Positions 1-7,912 of a stretch of DNA of 44,875 nucleotides are shown piece after piece (position 1 is the first letter of the stretch; each line of letters begins with the position of its first letter). Source of the stretch: a bacterium (lineage in GTDB: Bacteria; Patescibacteriota; Minisyncoccia; Phycocordibacterales; GWA1-40-21); NCBI GenBank assembly GCA_041308645.1, contig JBFZBC010000005.1:1-44875 (forward strand). The letters run 5' to 3'. The position numbers and the translations under genes were made by a program. The notes beneath the pieces were generated by a model, which searched no databases, had not been told where the DNA came from, and worked only from the letters and a program-made list of their open reading frames with translations.

Positions 1-111
1 AAAACGAATGCATCTTCAGCGTCCATTTCAATTAAATCACCAAATCTTTTATGATGTATAGTTTTATATCCAAGTCCAGCTAGAATATTTATTATTTCAG
101 GTTTAGTCATT
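1..111 (-). CDS. hypothetical protein, N-terminal fragment (gene runs off the window start)
   Basis: ATG at 111 (minus strand) opens the frame MTKPEIINILAGLGYKTIHHKRFGDLIEMDAEDAFV..., which continues past position 1. No family recognised. Confidence 0.35.
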
Positions 112-328
112 ATTTTTAATCATAGCATGTTTAAAAAAGGTTTGGAATCCGTTTATTTGTTTACTAGAAATAATAATCAACAAAGTTTGTATGTTGCAAA
201 AATTATACTTCTTATGTTAGCCCTGAATAGTGATATTTACATTTATCCAATCATACTATTTCTCGAAGAGGTGAGGTTTTGATGCTCAAAAGTTGGCTTA
301 ATATGAGCCTTCTCGTGCTAGCTCTAAT

Positions 329-403
329 TGGTGACCTTACCGGGAGTCGAACCCGGCTTCTTGCCTTGAAAAGGCAATGTCCTAACCGATAGACGATAAG
401 GCC
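329..403 (-). tRNA. tRNA-Glu (anticodon UUC), CCA encoded
   Basis: Reverse complement is GGCCTTATCGTCTATCGGTTAGGACATTGCCTTTTCAAGGCAAGAAGCCGGGTTCGACTCCCGGTAAGGTCACCA. Cloverleaf folds by hand: acceptor GGCCTTA/TAAGGTC, anticodon stem TTGCC/GGCAA with loop TTTTCAA, T arm CCGGG-TTCGACT-CCCGG. Confidence 0.9.
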
Positions 404-448
404 AATATTTAATTTTTAAACTCAAGTCTACTTTAATTTTAGTGAATT

Positions 449-568
449 GCAATGTCCTAGTCACAAGTCAAAATTTGCTAATTTTGCTTCTGACCACCTC
501 TCGCGCCGTCGCGCTCCGATCTTGCGATTTGTGTCCCTATCCCAAATCTCACGATAGACGATAAGGCC
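449..568 (-). pseudogene. decayed 5'-half copy of tRNA-Glu, interrupted by a ~91-nt insertion in the D-loop region
   Basis: 552-571 (cgatagacgataaggccaat) is identical to 387-406 at the 5' end of the intact gene. 449-459 (gcaatgtccta) is identical to 374-384. The two blocks are 2 nt apart in the gene but 91 nt apart here. No anticodon loop, T arm or 3' acceptor follows. Confidence 0.5.
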
Positions 569-595
569 AATAATATTCAATTTTACTCTTTTAAA

Positions 596-625
596 GGCAT
601 GTCAAACCTAATGAACGATAAGGCC
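596..625 (-). pseudogene. second, more degenerate 5'-half fragment of tRNA-Glu
   Basis: ggcatgtcaaacctaatgaacgataaggcc aligns without gaps to 374-403 of the intact gene. About 20 of 30 positions match, including the terminal 11-mer acgataaggcc. Confidence 0.4.
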
Positions 626-700
626 AGAATGGCAAGGCTAAATATAACATTTTTTGTAAAAAAAGCAAAAAAGTGTTAGTGTTTACAGACTAGATAATAG

Positions 701-787
701 GGAGGAGTGGCTGAGTGGTTGAAGGCACCGGTTTCGAAAACCGGCAGGGGCGAAAGTCTCTCGTGAGTTCAAATCTCACCTCCTCCG
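701..787 (+). tRNA. tRNA-Ser (anticodon CGA), class II with long variable arm
   Basis: Acceptor GGAGGAG/CTCCTCC with discriminator G. Anticodon stem CCGGT/ACCGG with loop TTCGAAA. Long variable arm. T arm GTGAG-TTCAAAT-CTCAC. No encoded CCA. Confidence 0.9.
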
Positions 788-852
788 CAAAATAATGAGC
801 CTTCGCGAATATATTTTGCGAGAGGATAGGAAGTAAATGATTTTACTTCCGG

Positions 853-946
853 GGAGGATTTGAAACCTGTTTGAGATTTTTTAGAGTTTCTGAATGAATA
901 AAAAATCCAAACATAGGTACTGAAACTGTAGGTTTCAAATCCTTCC
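853..946. repeat. ~94-nt long imperfect hairpin (candidate small structured RNA or MITE-like inverted repeat) between tRNA-Ser and tRNA-Val
   Basis: ggaggatttgaaacc (853-867) pairs with ggtttcaaatccttcc (931-946). tgtttgagatttttt (868-882) pairs with aaaaaatccaaaca (900-913). There is a 17-nt apical loop and a 17-nt 3'-side bulge. Confidence 0.4.
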
Positions 947-1007
947 GCTTCCTCAATTTTCATTTGAATACAAATTATAATTGTGATAGATTATAAAAGT
1001 TGCTAAT

Positions 1008-1080
1008 GGGCGGTTAGCTCAGTTGGTAGAGCGCAGGATTGACGTTCTTGATGTCGTGGGTTCGAGTCCCTCACCGCCCA
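1008..1080 (+). tRNA. tRNA-Val (anticodon GAC)
   Basis: Acceptor GGGCGGT/ACCGCCC, D arm GCTCAGTTGGTAGAGC, anticodon stem CAGGA/TCTTG with loop TTGACGT, T loop TTCGAGT. One T-T mismatch in the T stem. Confidence 0.85.
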
Positions 1081-1084
1081 CAAA

Positions 1085-2011
1085 TTAGTTTTTTAGGAAT
1101 TTATAAATATCTTCCATGGCTTTGATGGCATCACCAACAGCGATATTATTTTGACGATATAGCCCATCTGTACAGTCACCAGCTGACCAGATACCAGCTG
1201 TATTAGTTTTCTGAGTTTTTGGGTCCACAATTATTTCACTTTTCTCGTTTAATTTTACTAAACCGTGCTCAATGAAATCGATTGCTGGGTTGGAGCCAAT
1301 TTCCACAAATATCCCTTGGACGGGGAGTTCTACAGTCTCTCCCTTCTTATTTTTGTAGATAATTGCTTTAACAAATTTATCACCCTTGATTTCAAGTAAA
1401 TCAACATTAGTCACCGCTTTTACCTTTGGATTAGTAAGTATTTTTTCCATAATGGTTGGTTCAGCCCTAAATTCACTTCTTTGAATTATAGTAATATTTT
1501 TAGCATAGGCTAAAAGTTGGCTAACTGCTTCAAAGGCGCTGTTACCACCACCAATCACCACTACGTCCATACCACCAAACATTGGAGCATCACAGGTGGC
1601 ACAATAGGTAATCCCTCTACCCTCAAATTCCTCAGCCCCTTTTATTATTAATTTCCTTCTTATATTTCCAGTCGATATTAGAACAGTCTTAGCTTCATAC
1701 TTACCCTTATTTGTTTCAATTTTAAAGGAATTAGTACTCTTAATAATATTTTTAACTGTTTCCTTTTCTTTTATTACAATGTCCTTTGAGTAGTGTTTTA
1801 AATGTTTTTCTAGACGCTTATGAAGAATATCTCCGGACAGAGAAATATCTCCAATCCAGTTTTGAATCTCACCCGAGACAGCACTTTGGCCACGGAAATT
1901 CTCAGTTATTAAAACAGTATTTATTTTTTTTCGAGCAGCATAAACACCAGCCGACACTCCTGCTGGTCCACCGCCAATAATTGCTAAATCATAAATTGTT
2001 TCATTTGTCAT
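1085..2011 (-). CDS. trxB: thioredoxin-disulfide reductase
   Basis: 308 aa. N-terminal FAD motif IIGGGPAG, redox-active CATCDAP motif, second dinucleotide motif VIGGGNSA. Confidence 0.9.
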   Translation of the reverse strand: MTNETIYDLAIIGGGPAGVSAGVYAARKKINTVLITENFRGQSAVSGEIQNWIGDISLSGDILHKRLEKHLKHYSKDIVIKEKETVKNIIKSTNSFKIETNKGKYEAKTVLISTGNIRRKLIIKGAEEFEGRGITYCATCDAPMFGGMDVVVIGGGNSAFEAVSQLLAYAKNITIIQRSEFRAEPTIMEKILTNPKVKAVTNVDLLEIKGDKFVKAIIYKNKKGETVELPVQGIFVEIGSNPAIDFIEHGLVKLNEKSEIIVDPKTQKTNTAGIWSAGDCTDGLYRQNNIAVGDAIKAMEDIYKFLKN

Positions 2012-2040
2012 GATTTTATTTTACTATATTATTTGATATT

Positions 2041-2128
2041 AAAATAGGGTGGTTTTTTTCTTCTCTACCCACTCAATTTTCTACTGAAAATATCAGTCTG
2101 TGAGGCACGAAAAAAACCACCCTATTTT
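2041..2128. repeat. 19-bp perfect inverted repeat enclosing 50 nt (complex terminator or MITE-like element) between ftsZ and trxB
   Basis: aaaatagggtggttttttt (2041-2059) is the exact reverse complement of aaaaaaaccaccctatttt (2110-2128). Confidence 0.5.
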
Positions 2129-2131
2129 TCC

Positions 2132-3343
2132 TTATTTCTTCTGTCTTCTCAAGAAGGCCGGAACGGCACCCCATTCACTATCATCATCAAAATCATTTTT
2201 TGCTTGTTTTTTTTCCTCAGTTGGCGCTTTATTTATTTGAACCTCATTTTTATTTTCTTTTTTAGAGTTATCATCACTACTAGAACCTCCAAAAAATTTA
2301 TTCTTTTTTTCCTCTTCTTTATTTGAATTAATATTTTGGAAAAGAGATTTTTTGTTTGTAATATCAGAAAAACCTGAGGCAATAACAGTTATTTTAACTT
2401 CATTTTTCTTTAAGCGACTGTCTTGGACGGTACCAAAAATAACTTTAGCATTTGGATCGATCGACTCGGTAATAAGTTTGGCGGCATCCTGTATCTCAAA
2501 CATTGTTAGGTCATCTCCACCGGCTATTGAGAATAGCACTCCTTTTGCACCAGCAATTGAAAGTTCTAAGAGTGGGGAACTAATAGCTGATTTAGCAGCC
2601 TCAATGGCCCTATTTTCACCACCAGCAACACCTATGCCCATAAGAGCAGATCCAGCATTTTCCATAATCGCTCGAATATCAGCAAAATCAGTATTTATAA
2701 TTCCAGGCATTGTTATCAAATCAGAAATACCTTCAACGGCTTGTTTTAGTATATCATCACAGACGGCGAAGGCTTGTATAGCAGTTGTTTCTCTTGAGAT
2801 AGTGGAGAGTAATCTATCATTTGGTATAACGATAAGGGCATCGACACCATTTCTAAGTTCTTCTAGGCTTTGTTCAGCAATTTTCATTCTTTGTATTCCT
2901 TCAAAGAAAAAAGGTTTTGTAATTACACCAACGGTTAGTATACCCATTTCTTTTGCCATTTTGGAAATGGTTGGTCCTGCGCCAGAACCAGTTCCGCCAC
3001 CAGCACCGTAGGCAATAAAAACCATATCAGAACCTTTTAGGGCTTCTTGAATTTCCTCTTTTGTTTCTTCAGCTGCTCTTTTACCAAGTTCTGGATTCAT
3101 CCCAGTACCAAGTCCACGGGTAAGATTCTTACCAATATGTATTTTTTTTGTAGCTTGGGAATTATGAAGATCTTGAGCGTCAGTGTTTATTACAATAAAC
3201 TCCACCCCCTTTACTTTAGAGTTTATCATGTGATTCACAGCATTTTTGCCTGATCCACCGATTCCGATAACTTTAATCCTTGCAAAAGCTTCAACGTCTG
3301 GTTTTATTTGTGGCATAAAAATATAGCTGATTTTTTTCAGCAA
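2132..3343 (-). CDS. ftsZ: cell division GTPase FtsZ
   Basis: 403 aa. Tubulin signature GGGTGSGAGP, NTDAQ motif, charged linker and conserved C-terminal peptide. The start could instead be the internal Met at aa 10. Confidence 0.95.
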   Translation of the reverse strand: MLKKISYIFMPQIKPDVEAFARIKVIGIGGSGKNAVNHMINSKVKGVEFIVINTDAQDLHNSQATKKIHIGKNLTRGLGTGMNPELGKRAAEETKEEIQEALKGSDMVFIAYGAGGGTGSGAGPTISKMAKEMGILTVGVITKPFFFEGIQRMKIAEQSLEELRNGVDALIVIPNDRLLSTISRETTAIQAFAVCDDILKQAVEGISDLITMPGIINTDFADIRAIMENAGSALMGIGVAGGENRAIEAAKSAISSPLLELSIAGAKGVLFSIAGGDDLTMFEIQDAAKLITESIDPNAKVIFGTVQDSRLKKNEVKITVIASGFSDITNKKSLFQNINSNKEEEKKNKFFGGSSSDDNSKKENKNEVQINKAPTEEKKQAKNDFDDDSEWGAVPAFLRRQKK

Positions 3344-3398
3344 ATTAAAACTAATAAATTATTAAGCAACCTGTTTTAATAGTAGCAAAAATGTATGG

Positions 3399-4583
3399 CT
3401 AAGGCAAGAACTGTTTAAACCAAGAAAAAACCTTTGCCCCAGGCCTGTTATTCAGTATTGGCGCCCCAAAAGATATTTCTTCACCTTTTGATAAAACCCA
3501 AACACAAAGACCATATGACACTGACCAAGAGGAATCTTTTGTTTGCAAATTTTTCAAATCAGAAATAAAATTTATTGAGCCAACCTTTGAGGGTAGTTTT
3601 AGAGTAGCTCGAGCTAGATCCTCTATTGTGGAGATACCAGATGTTCCACCTGTAATAATAATTCCTGCTGGTAAAAGACCACTCCGTCCAAGTTTTTTTA
3701 AGTGTGATTCAATTATTTCAAAAATATCAGAAAGACGAGCTAAAATTATTTCTTCTAATCTTTTTTTAGGATAGTCTCTTTCTCCTTTAGTGTTTATTTT
3801 TATTTCCTCTGCTTCTTCAATTGGGATTTTCAAACCCAAAGCAATATCATTTGTTATATCTGTTCCACCAATCGGGAAAACCTCAAGTGAGATCGGAATA
3901 TTGTTTTCAAAAATAACAACTGAAACCGTTTCTGAACCTATATTTGCTAGAACACATCCAGCAATTTTCTGAGTTTTGGTCAGTGTAACCATACTTCCAG
4001 CCAATGGTGAGGCCATAATATTTACTACATCAATTCCTAAATCTTCAACTATATTAATCAAATCATCTAAATGATGTTCAAGACAAGTCACAAATAAGAC
4101 TTTGGCCTCAAATTTTATACCCTTCATACCAATTGGCCTGCCTAAAACAATTTTGCCGTCAATTTTATAGGATATAGGAATAGTATGAATAATCTTTTTA
4201 TTAATGGATACATTTGCTGGTATTTCATTTTCTGCCACTGATAATACATTTTTTACATCAATTTCTGTAATTTCAGAATCAGCTCGCGGAATAATTATGG
4301 AACCATGGGAAACCACACTTCCAACACCAATACCGCCGATAGATAAGAAAACTTTTCTAATTTTAATGCCAGATGTTTTTTCTGCCTGAGCAATGGCAAT
4401 ACGGAGACTGTTTGTAGTGTCACCAGAATTAATAATATAGCCATGACGAAGACCTTTAGATTCAGCAAAACCAGTACCAATTATTTTATATGAAATATTC
4501 CCATCTTCATTTTTGGCTTCAACCACAGAAATTTTGATTTGGTATGTACCTATGTCTATTCCGACTGCAATATTTTTTGCCAT
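3399..4583 (-). CDS. ftsA: cell division protein FtsA (actin-like ATPase)
   Basis: 394 aa. N-terminal phosphate-1 motif GIDIGT, ITGGTS motif. Sits directly upstream of ftsZ in the canonical order. Confidence 0.9.
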   Translation of the reverse strand: MAKNIAVGIDIGTYQIKISVVEAKNEDGNISYKIIGTGFAESKGLRHGYIINSGDTTNSLRIAIAQAEKTSGIKIRKVFLSIGGIGVGSVVSHGSIIIPRADSEITEIDVKNVLSVAENEIPANVSINKKIIHTIPISYKIDGKIVLGRPIGMKGIKFEAKVLFVTCLEHHLDDLINIVEDLGIDVVNIMASPLAGSMVTLTKTQKIAGCVLANIGSETVSVVIFENNIPISLEVFPIGGTDITNDIALGLKIPIEEAEEIKINTKGERDYPKKRLEEIILARLSDIFEIIESHLKKLGRSGLLPAGIIITGGTSGISTIEDLARATLKLPSKVGSINFISDLKNLQTKDSSWSVSYGLCVWVLSKGEEISFGAPILNNRPGAKVFSWFKQFLP

Positions 4584-4619
4584 ATTTACATCTATTATAT
4601 AACAAAAAGAAAATTGAAG

Positions 4620-5003
4620 CTAGATATCAAACTTACCTCTGAATTTGATTTCCATTTTTTCCATTTTTTCGCCATGATCATAGCCTTTAAGGTGGACAAG
4701 ACCGTGGATAAATAAGTAGGTTAAAAAGTTTTTATAAGTTCGATTGAACTTAATCATTTCTCTTTTAGTCTCATTAGGACAAATAAATATCTCTCCTGAT
4801 TTTTTTGAGAGGGGGAAACTTAATATATCTGTTGGTTTATTTAAATTTCTGTAGTTTTTGTTTATTTTTTTTATTTCTTGAGCGGTAATAAAAACCAAAC
4901 TAAGTTCGTACCCAAGTCCAAGCACGGTATTTTTTATATGTTCAAAAGGCAAGCTTGGTAGCCTGCCTTTGGTTTTATTTGATATTGATAGATTTTCTGT
5001 CAT
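4620..5003 (-). CDS. ybeY: rRNA maturation endoribonuclease YbeY
   Basis: 127 aa with the metal-binding motif HGLVHLKGYDH. Confidence 0.85.
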   Translation of the reverse strand: MTENLSISNKTKGRLPSLPFEHIKNTVLGLGYELSLVFITAQEIKKINKNYRNLNKPTDILSFPLSKKSGEIFICPNETKREMIKFNRTYKNFLTYLFIHGLVHLKGYDHGEKMEKMEIKFRGKFDI

Positions 5004-5004
5004 C

Positions 5005-5271
5005 TTAATTCTTCTTTCCTTTTGAACCTTTAAATTGACCCTCTGTTCGGTCGGCCATTTTACCCATTTTTATAAGCTCCATGATCTCAGCTTTTCTTTT
5101 TAGATTTTTTAAGGTATTTTTCTTTTTTTTATAAAAAGACAAATCTCTTAGGCTGTACCTTTTTGACCTGACTTTTGGTAAAATACCAGAACCTTGAACC
5201 TTTTTAGTAAATCTCCTAATAATCCCTAGATTATTTTCATTGGCGTTCTTTGTAACTTCTACGTTTATCAT
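5005..5271 (-). CDS. rpsU: 30S ribosomal protein S21
   Basis: 88 aa, very basic. IRRFTKKVQGSGILPKVRSKRY resembles the S21 core. Stop codon lies 1 nt from the ybeY start. Confidence 0.7.
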   Translation of the reverse strand: MINVEVTKNANENNLGIIRRFTKKVQGSGILPKVRSKRYSLRDLSFYKKKKNTLKNLKRKAEIMELIKMGKMADRTEGQFKGSKGKKN

Positions 5272-5369
5272 GGGGTGTAATTTAGCATAGATAAGGTTTT
5301 TTTACAAGGGAAGAGGTTGCAAAATTAACGGTTTTATATTATACTCTTCTTTGTTAACCAAATGCATAT

Positions 5370-5528
5370 ATGTCACAAGATCAATTAATCAAACTGAATT
5401 GTAAGACCTGCAAAAGGACCAACTATTATTCCAGAAAGAATAAGAAGAAGGTTGAGCGTAAAATAGAACTCAAAAAGTTCTGTAAATGGTGTAAGAAGAA
5501 TACCATTCATAAGGAATCTAAAAAATAA
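5370..5528 (+). CDS. rpmG: 50S ribosomal protein L33
   Basis: Translated by hand; below the ORF-track size cutoff. MSQDQLIKLNCKTCKRTNYYSRKNKKKVERKIELKKFCKWCKKNTIHKESKK has the L33 CxxC...CxxC pattern and the HKE C-terminus. Confidence 0.85.
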   Translation: MSQDQLIKLNCKTCKRTNYYSRKNKKKVERKIELKKFCKWCKKNTIHKESKK

Positions 5529-5535
5529 TCAAAAT

Positions 5536-5562
5536 AAAACCCCCTTAGTAGGGGTTTTTATT
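5536..5562 (+). terminator. rho-independent terminator after rpmG
   Basis: aaaaccccc-ttagta-ggggttttt stem-loop followed by a T run. Confidence 0.7.
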
Positions 5563-5592
5563 TAGCCTTTATTGTGCTATATTTTCCAGGTT

Positions 5593-5663
5593 GGGAGATT
5601 AGTTAAATGGTATAACATTCCTCTCCAAAAGGAATATTAGGGGTTCGATTCCTCTATCTCCCG
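5593..5663 (+). tRNA. tRNA-Trp (anticodon CCA)
   Basis: Acceptor GGGAGAT/ATCTCCC, anticodon stem TTCCT/AGGAA with loop CTCCAAA, T loop TTCGATT. 71 nt by hand fold. Confidence 0.9.
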
Positions 5664-5668
5664 CTAAA

Positions 5669-6574
5669 CTATAATTTTACCTCCAGATCTCTAATAATTT
5701 TTTGAGTGGTCTTTGGACCAATCTGGTACCATTGTATATCTTTGTTTCTTTTAAACCAAGTTTTTTGACGGCGGGCGTATTGCCAGATTTTGGAATTGAG
5801 CTGCTCAATCATTTGGTCTAAAGTTATCTGACCACTTAGATGTCTAGCCATATAACGGTACTCCAAGCCGAGATTCTCCATTCGCTTCCAGCTAATACCT
5901 TGTTTGTGTAGGTTCTGACCTTCCTTAAGCATTCCAGCCTCAATTCGCTTGATTAGGCGAGTTTTAATCCGCTCCTTAAGGACTTTATCTGGGGCAATAA
6001 GTCCAATTTGAATTGCATTATAAAGTGGTTCGGATTTTATTGGTGGAACTTTCCCAAGTGCCTTGGCTATCTCAATGGCACGGATGATTTTGACTTTATT
6101 TTTGGAATCAATTGTTTTGGTGATATTTTTATCCAATCTGCTTAGGATTAGCATTAACTGTTCGCAGGTTTTTGGTTCAAGTTTTTTCCTTAATTCAGGA
6201 TACGGTAAGACTTCTGGTAGTGTAGTATTGTTCACTACCGCATCAATATAGAAACCTGTTCCGCCACAAATGATTGGGAGTTTTCCACGTTTTAAAATAT
6301 CAGCAATTATTATTTGGGCTTTTATTTTATATTTGGAAACATTAAATACAGAATTTGGCTTTACAATATCCAACATATAGTGGGGTACACCCCGCATTTC
6401 TTTTTTGGTAATTTTCCCAGTACCCAAATCCATACCTTTATACACTTGTCTTGAGTCAGCCGAAATTACCTCGCCATTATATTTTTTAGCAATTTTTACC
6501 GCTAAATCACTTTTGCCAGTAGCTGTTGGTCCAAGAATGACTAGGATTTTATTTTTTTTATCCATAAAAATCAA
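5669..6574 (-). CDS. miaA: tRNA dimethylallyltransferase
   Basis: 301 aa. P-loop GPTATGKS, then DSRQVYKGMDLGTGK and ICGGTGFY motifs. The likely true start is the Met at aa 4. Confidence 0.9.
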   Translation of the reverse strand: MIFMDKKNKILVILGPTATGKSDLAVKIAKKYNGEVISADSRQVYKGMDLGTGKITKKEMRGVPHYMLDIVKPNSVFNVSKYKIKAQIIIADILKRGKLPIICGGTGFYIDAVVNNTTLPEVLPYPELRKKLEPKTCEQLMLILSRLDKNITKTIDSKNKVKIIRAIEIAKALGKVPPIKSEPLYNAIQIGLIAPDKVLKERIKTRLIKRIEAGMLKEGQNLHKQGISWKRMENLGLEYRYMARHLSGQITLDQMIEQLNSKIWQYARRQKTWFKRNKDIQWYQIGPKTTQKIIRDLEVKL

Positions 6575-6580
6575 AAAGTG

Positions 6581-7621
6581 TTATTGATTTTTGCTTTCAT
6601 TATTTAAGGTGGAATATATTTCAAGAAGAGCAAAAAGTAGACTTAAGACAAGTGGACCAAGTAAAAAACCAAAAGGACCAAAAAGGCTGATACCTCCTAA
6701 TATAGAAAGGAGAACAAGGAATGAGTGAAGTTTTGTTCTTTTACTGATTAGTTTAGGTCCCAGAAGGTTATCAACAAGACCTACAGCAAGCATCCCCCAA
6801 AATAGTAAACCTATCGAGTAAAGGATTTCCCCGTTTAGGTATAGATAGGCTATTGCTGGGATAGTAACTAGGGCCGTTCCAACTCCAGGAATTAAGGCAG
6901 CAATGGCTGCTACCGTACCAAAAAGGGTTGCATTGGGAACACCAAAAAGAGAGAAACCAATTGCCGTTAATATTCCTTGAATAAGTGCTATTGTGAGATT
7001 TCCACGAATGACCGAATTAATTGCTAAAGCAAGTTTACTAAAAATTTTTTCATCATGAATATCTTGCAAAGGACTTAGCGCGATAATAGCATTTTTAAAT
7101 TTTAAACCATCCTTAAATAGATAATAGAGGGCAATAAGAAAGACAAAGATTCCTATCAAAGTTTTTCCAACATTTGCAAATAATATACCCAGATTTTGAG
7201 TTAGCCAACCTAAACCTTGTTTAAGATAATAACTAATATCAAAGGAATAATTTATAGGTATAGTAAGGAATTTATTAAGACTCTGGATGTTTTCGTCTAT
7301 CTTATCAGTAAAATTAGTAACCACGCTACCATTAGTAATAGAAGTATAGAGCAATGTTGATTCTTGAAAAATCTGTGTACCAACAAAAGAGATAGGTATA
7401 ATTATAACTATAAGAACAGAGATAGTTGTAAGTAATGCTGCTAACCAGTCGTTATTTTTAAATACAGAAAGTATTTTTTTATGTAATGGTGAAAAAACTG
7501 TTGTAAAGATTATTGCTAAAATAAGTGAAAAAAGAAAAGGTTTGAATATAAAAAAAGCTATAATAAAGATTATAATAAGAAAAAAAAGTAAAAAATAAAG
7601 CTCTGTTTTTTTATAATTCAT
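6581..7621 (-). CDS. AI-2E family (PerM/UPF0118-like) membrane transporter
   Basis: 346 aa polytopic membrane protein. Its layout and the G-rich helix IAALIPGVGTAL are typical of this family. Confidence 0.65.
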   Translation of the reverse strand: MNYKKTELYFLLFFLIIIFIIAFFIFKPFLFSLILAIIFTTVFSPLHKKILSVFKNNDWLAALLTTISVLIVIIIPISFVGTQIFQESTLLYTSITNGSVVTNFTDKIDENIQSLNKFLTIPINYSFDISYYLKQGLGWLTQNLGILFANVGKTLIGIFVFLIALYYLFKDGLKFKNAIIALSPLQDIHDEKIFSKLALAINSVIRGNLTIALIQGILTAIGFSLFGVPNATLFGTVAAIAALIPGVGTALVTIPAIAYLYLNGEILYSIGLLFWGMLAVGLVDNLLGPKLISKRTKLHSFLVLLSILGGISLFGPFGFLLGPLVLSLLFALLEIYSTLNNESKNQ

Positions 7622-7642
7622 TTTTTTGTTTTATTGTTTTTG

Positions 7643-7723
7643 TGCCGGAGAAGAGACTTGAACTCTTACCCCTTTCGAGACACGATTTTGAGTCGTGCGC
7701 GTCTACCATTCCGCCACTCCGGC
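7643..7723 (-). tRNA. tRNA-Leu (anticodon CAA), class II
   Basis: Reverse complement is GCCGGAGTGGCGGAATGGTAGACGCGCACGACTCAAAATCGTGTCTCGAAAGGGGTAAGAGTTCAAGTCTCTTCTCCGGCA. Anticodon stem CACGA/TCGTG with loop CTCAAAA. T arm AAGAG-TTCAAGT-CTCTT. Confidence 0.9.
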
Positions 7724-7841
7724 AACTAAAAGGTATTGAACCTTTTTCTCTCTCTGACCTTTACCAGATCGGAGGCCTACTAGCTTTGCTCGGATTAAAA
7801 TCAAAGCAGTTTGATTTTTATCCACTCCGGCAATGCATTGA
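7724..7841 (-). pseudogene. tRNA-Leu-derived remnant (5' acceptor/D fragment plus T-arm-like hairpin)
   Basis: 7832-7843 (ccactccggcaa) repeats 7714-7725 at the 5' end of the intact gene. 7729-7745 reads AAGG-TTCAATA-CCTT on the minus strand, which is T-arm-like. There is no matching 3' acceptor strand. Confidence 0.35.
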
Positions 7842-7912
7842 TTCTACCTTATTTGGGAGAAAAAATAAAGTATGATAGAATTAGTGAACTAATAATTAAT
7901 TTTTAAAATATA

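Noticed and set aside
769-963. 64-aa minus-strand ORF
   Set aside because: It overlaps the 3' end of tRNA-Ser and the hairpin-rich spacer. It has no SD or recognisable promoter and an implausible composition.
788-1007. Possible tmRNA, 6S RNA or an intron-containing tRNA in the Ser-Val spacer
   Set aside because: There is no tRNA-like acceptor/T-arm pairing, no tmRNA 5' GGGG...3' TCCACCA signature and no tag ORF. It is too short and not rod-like enough to call 6S RNA. It is reported only as an unclassified hairpin.
2352-3011. 219-aa plus-strand ORF
   Set aside because: It lies entirely antisense to ftsZ. Its low-complexity Ser/Ala/Pro/Ile product is the typical shadow of the Gly/Ala-rich FtsZ frame, and it has no start context.
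7642-7875. 77-aa plus-strand ORF
   Set aside because: It runs antisense through tRNA-Leu and its upstream remnant.
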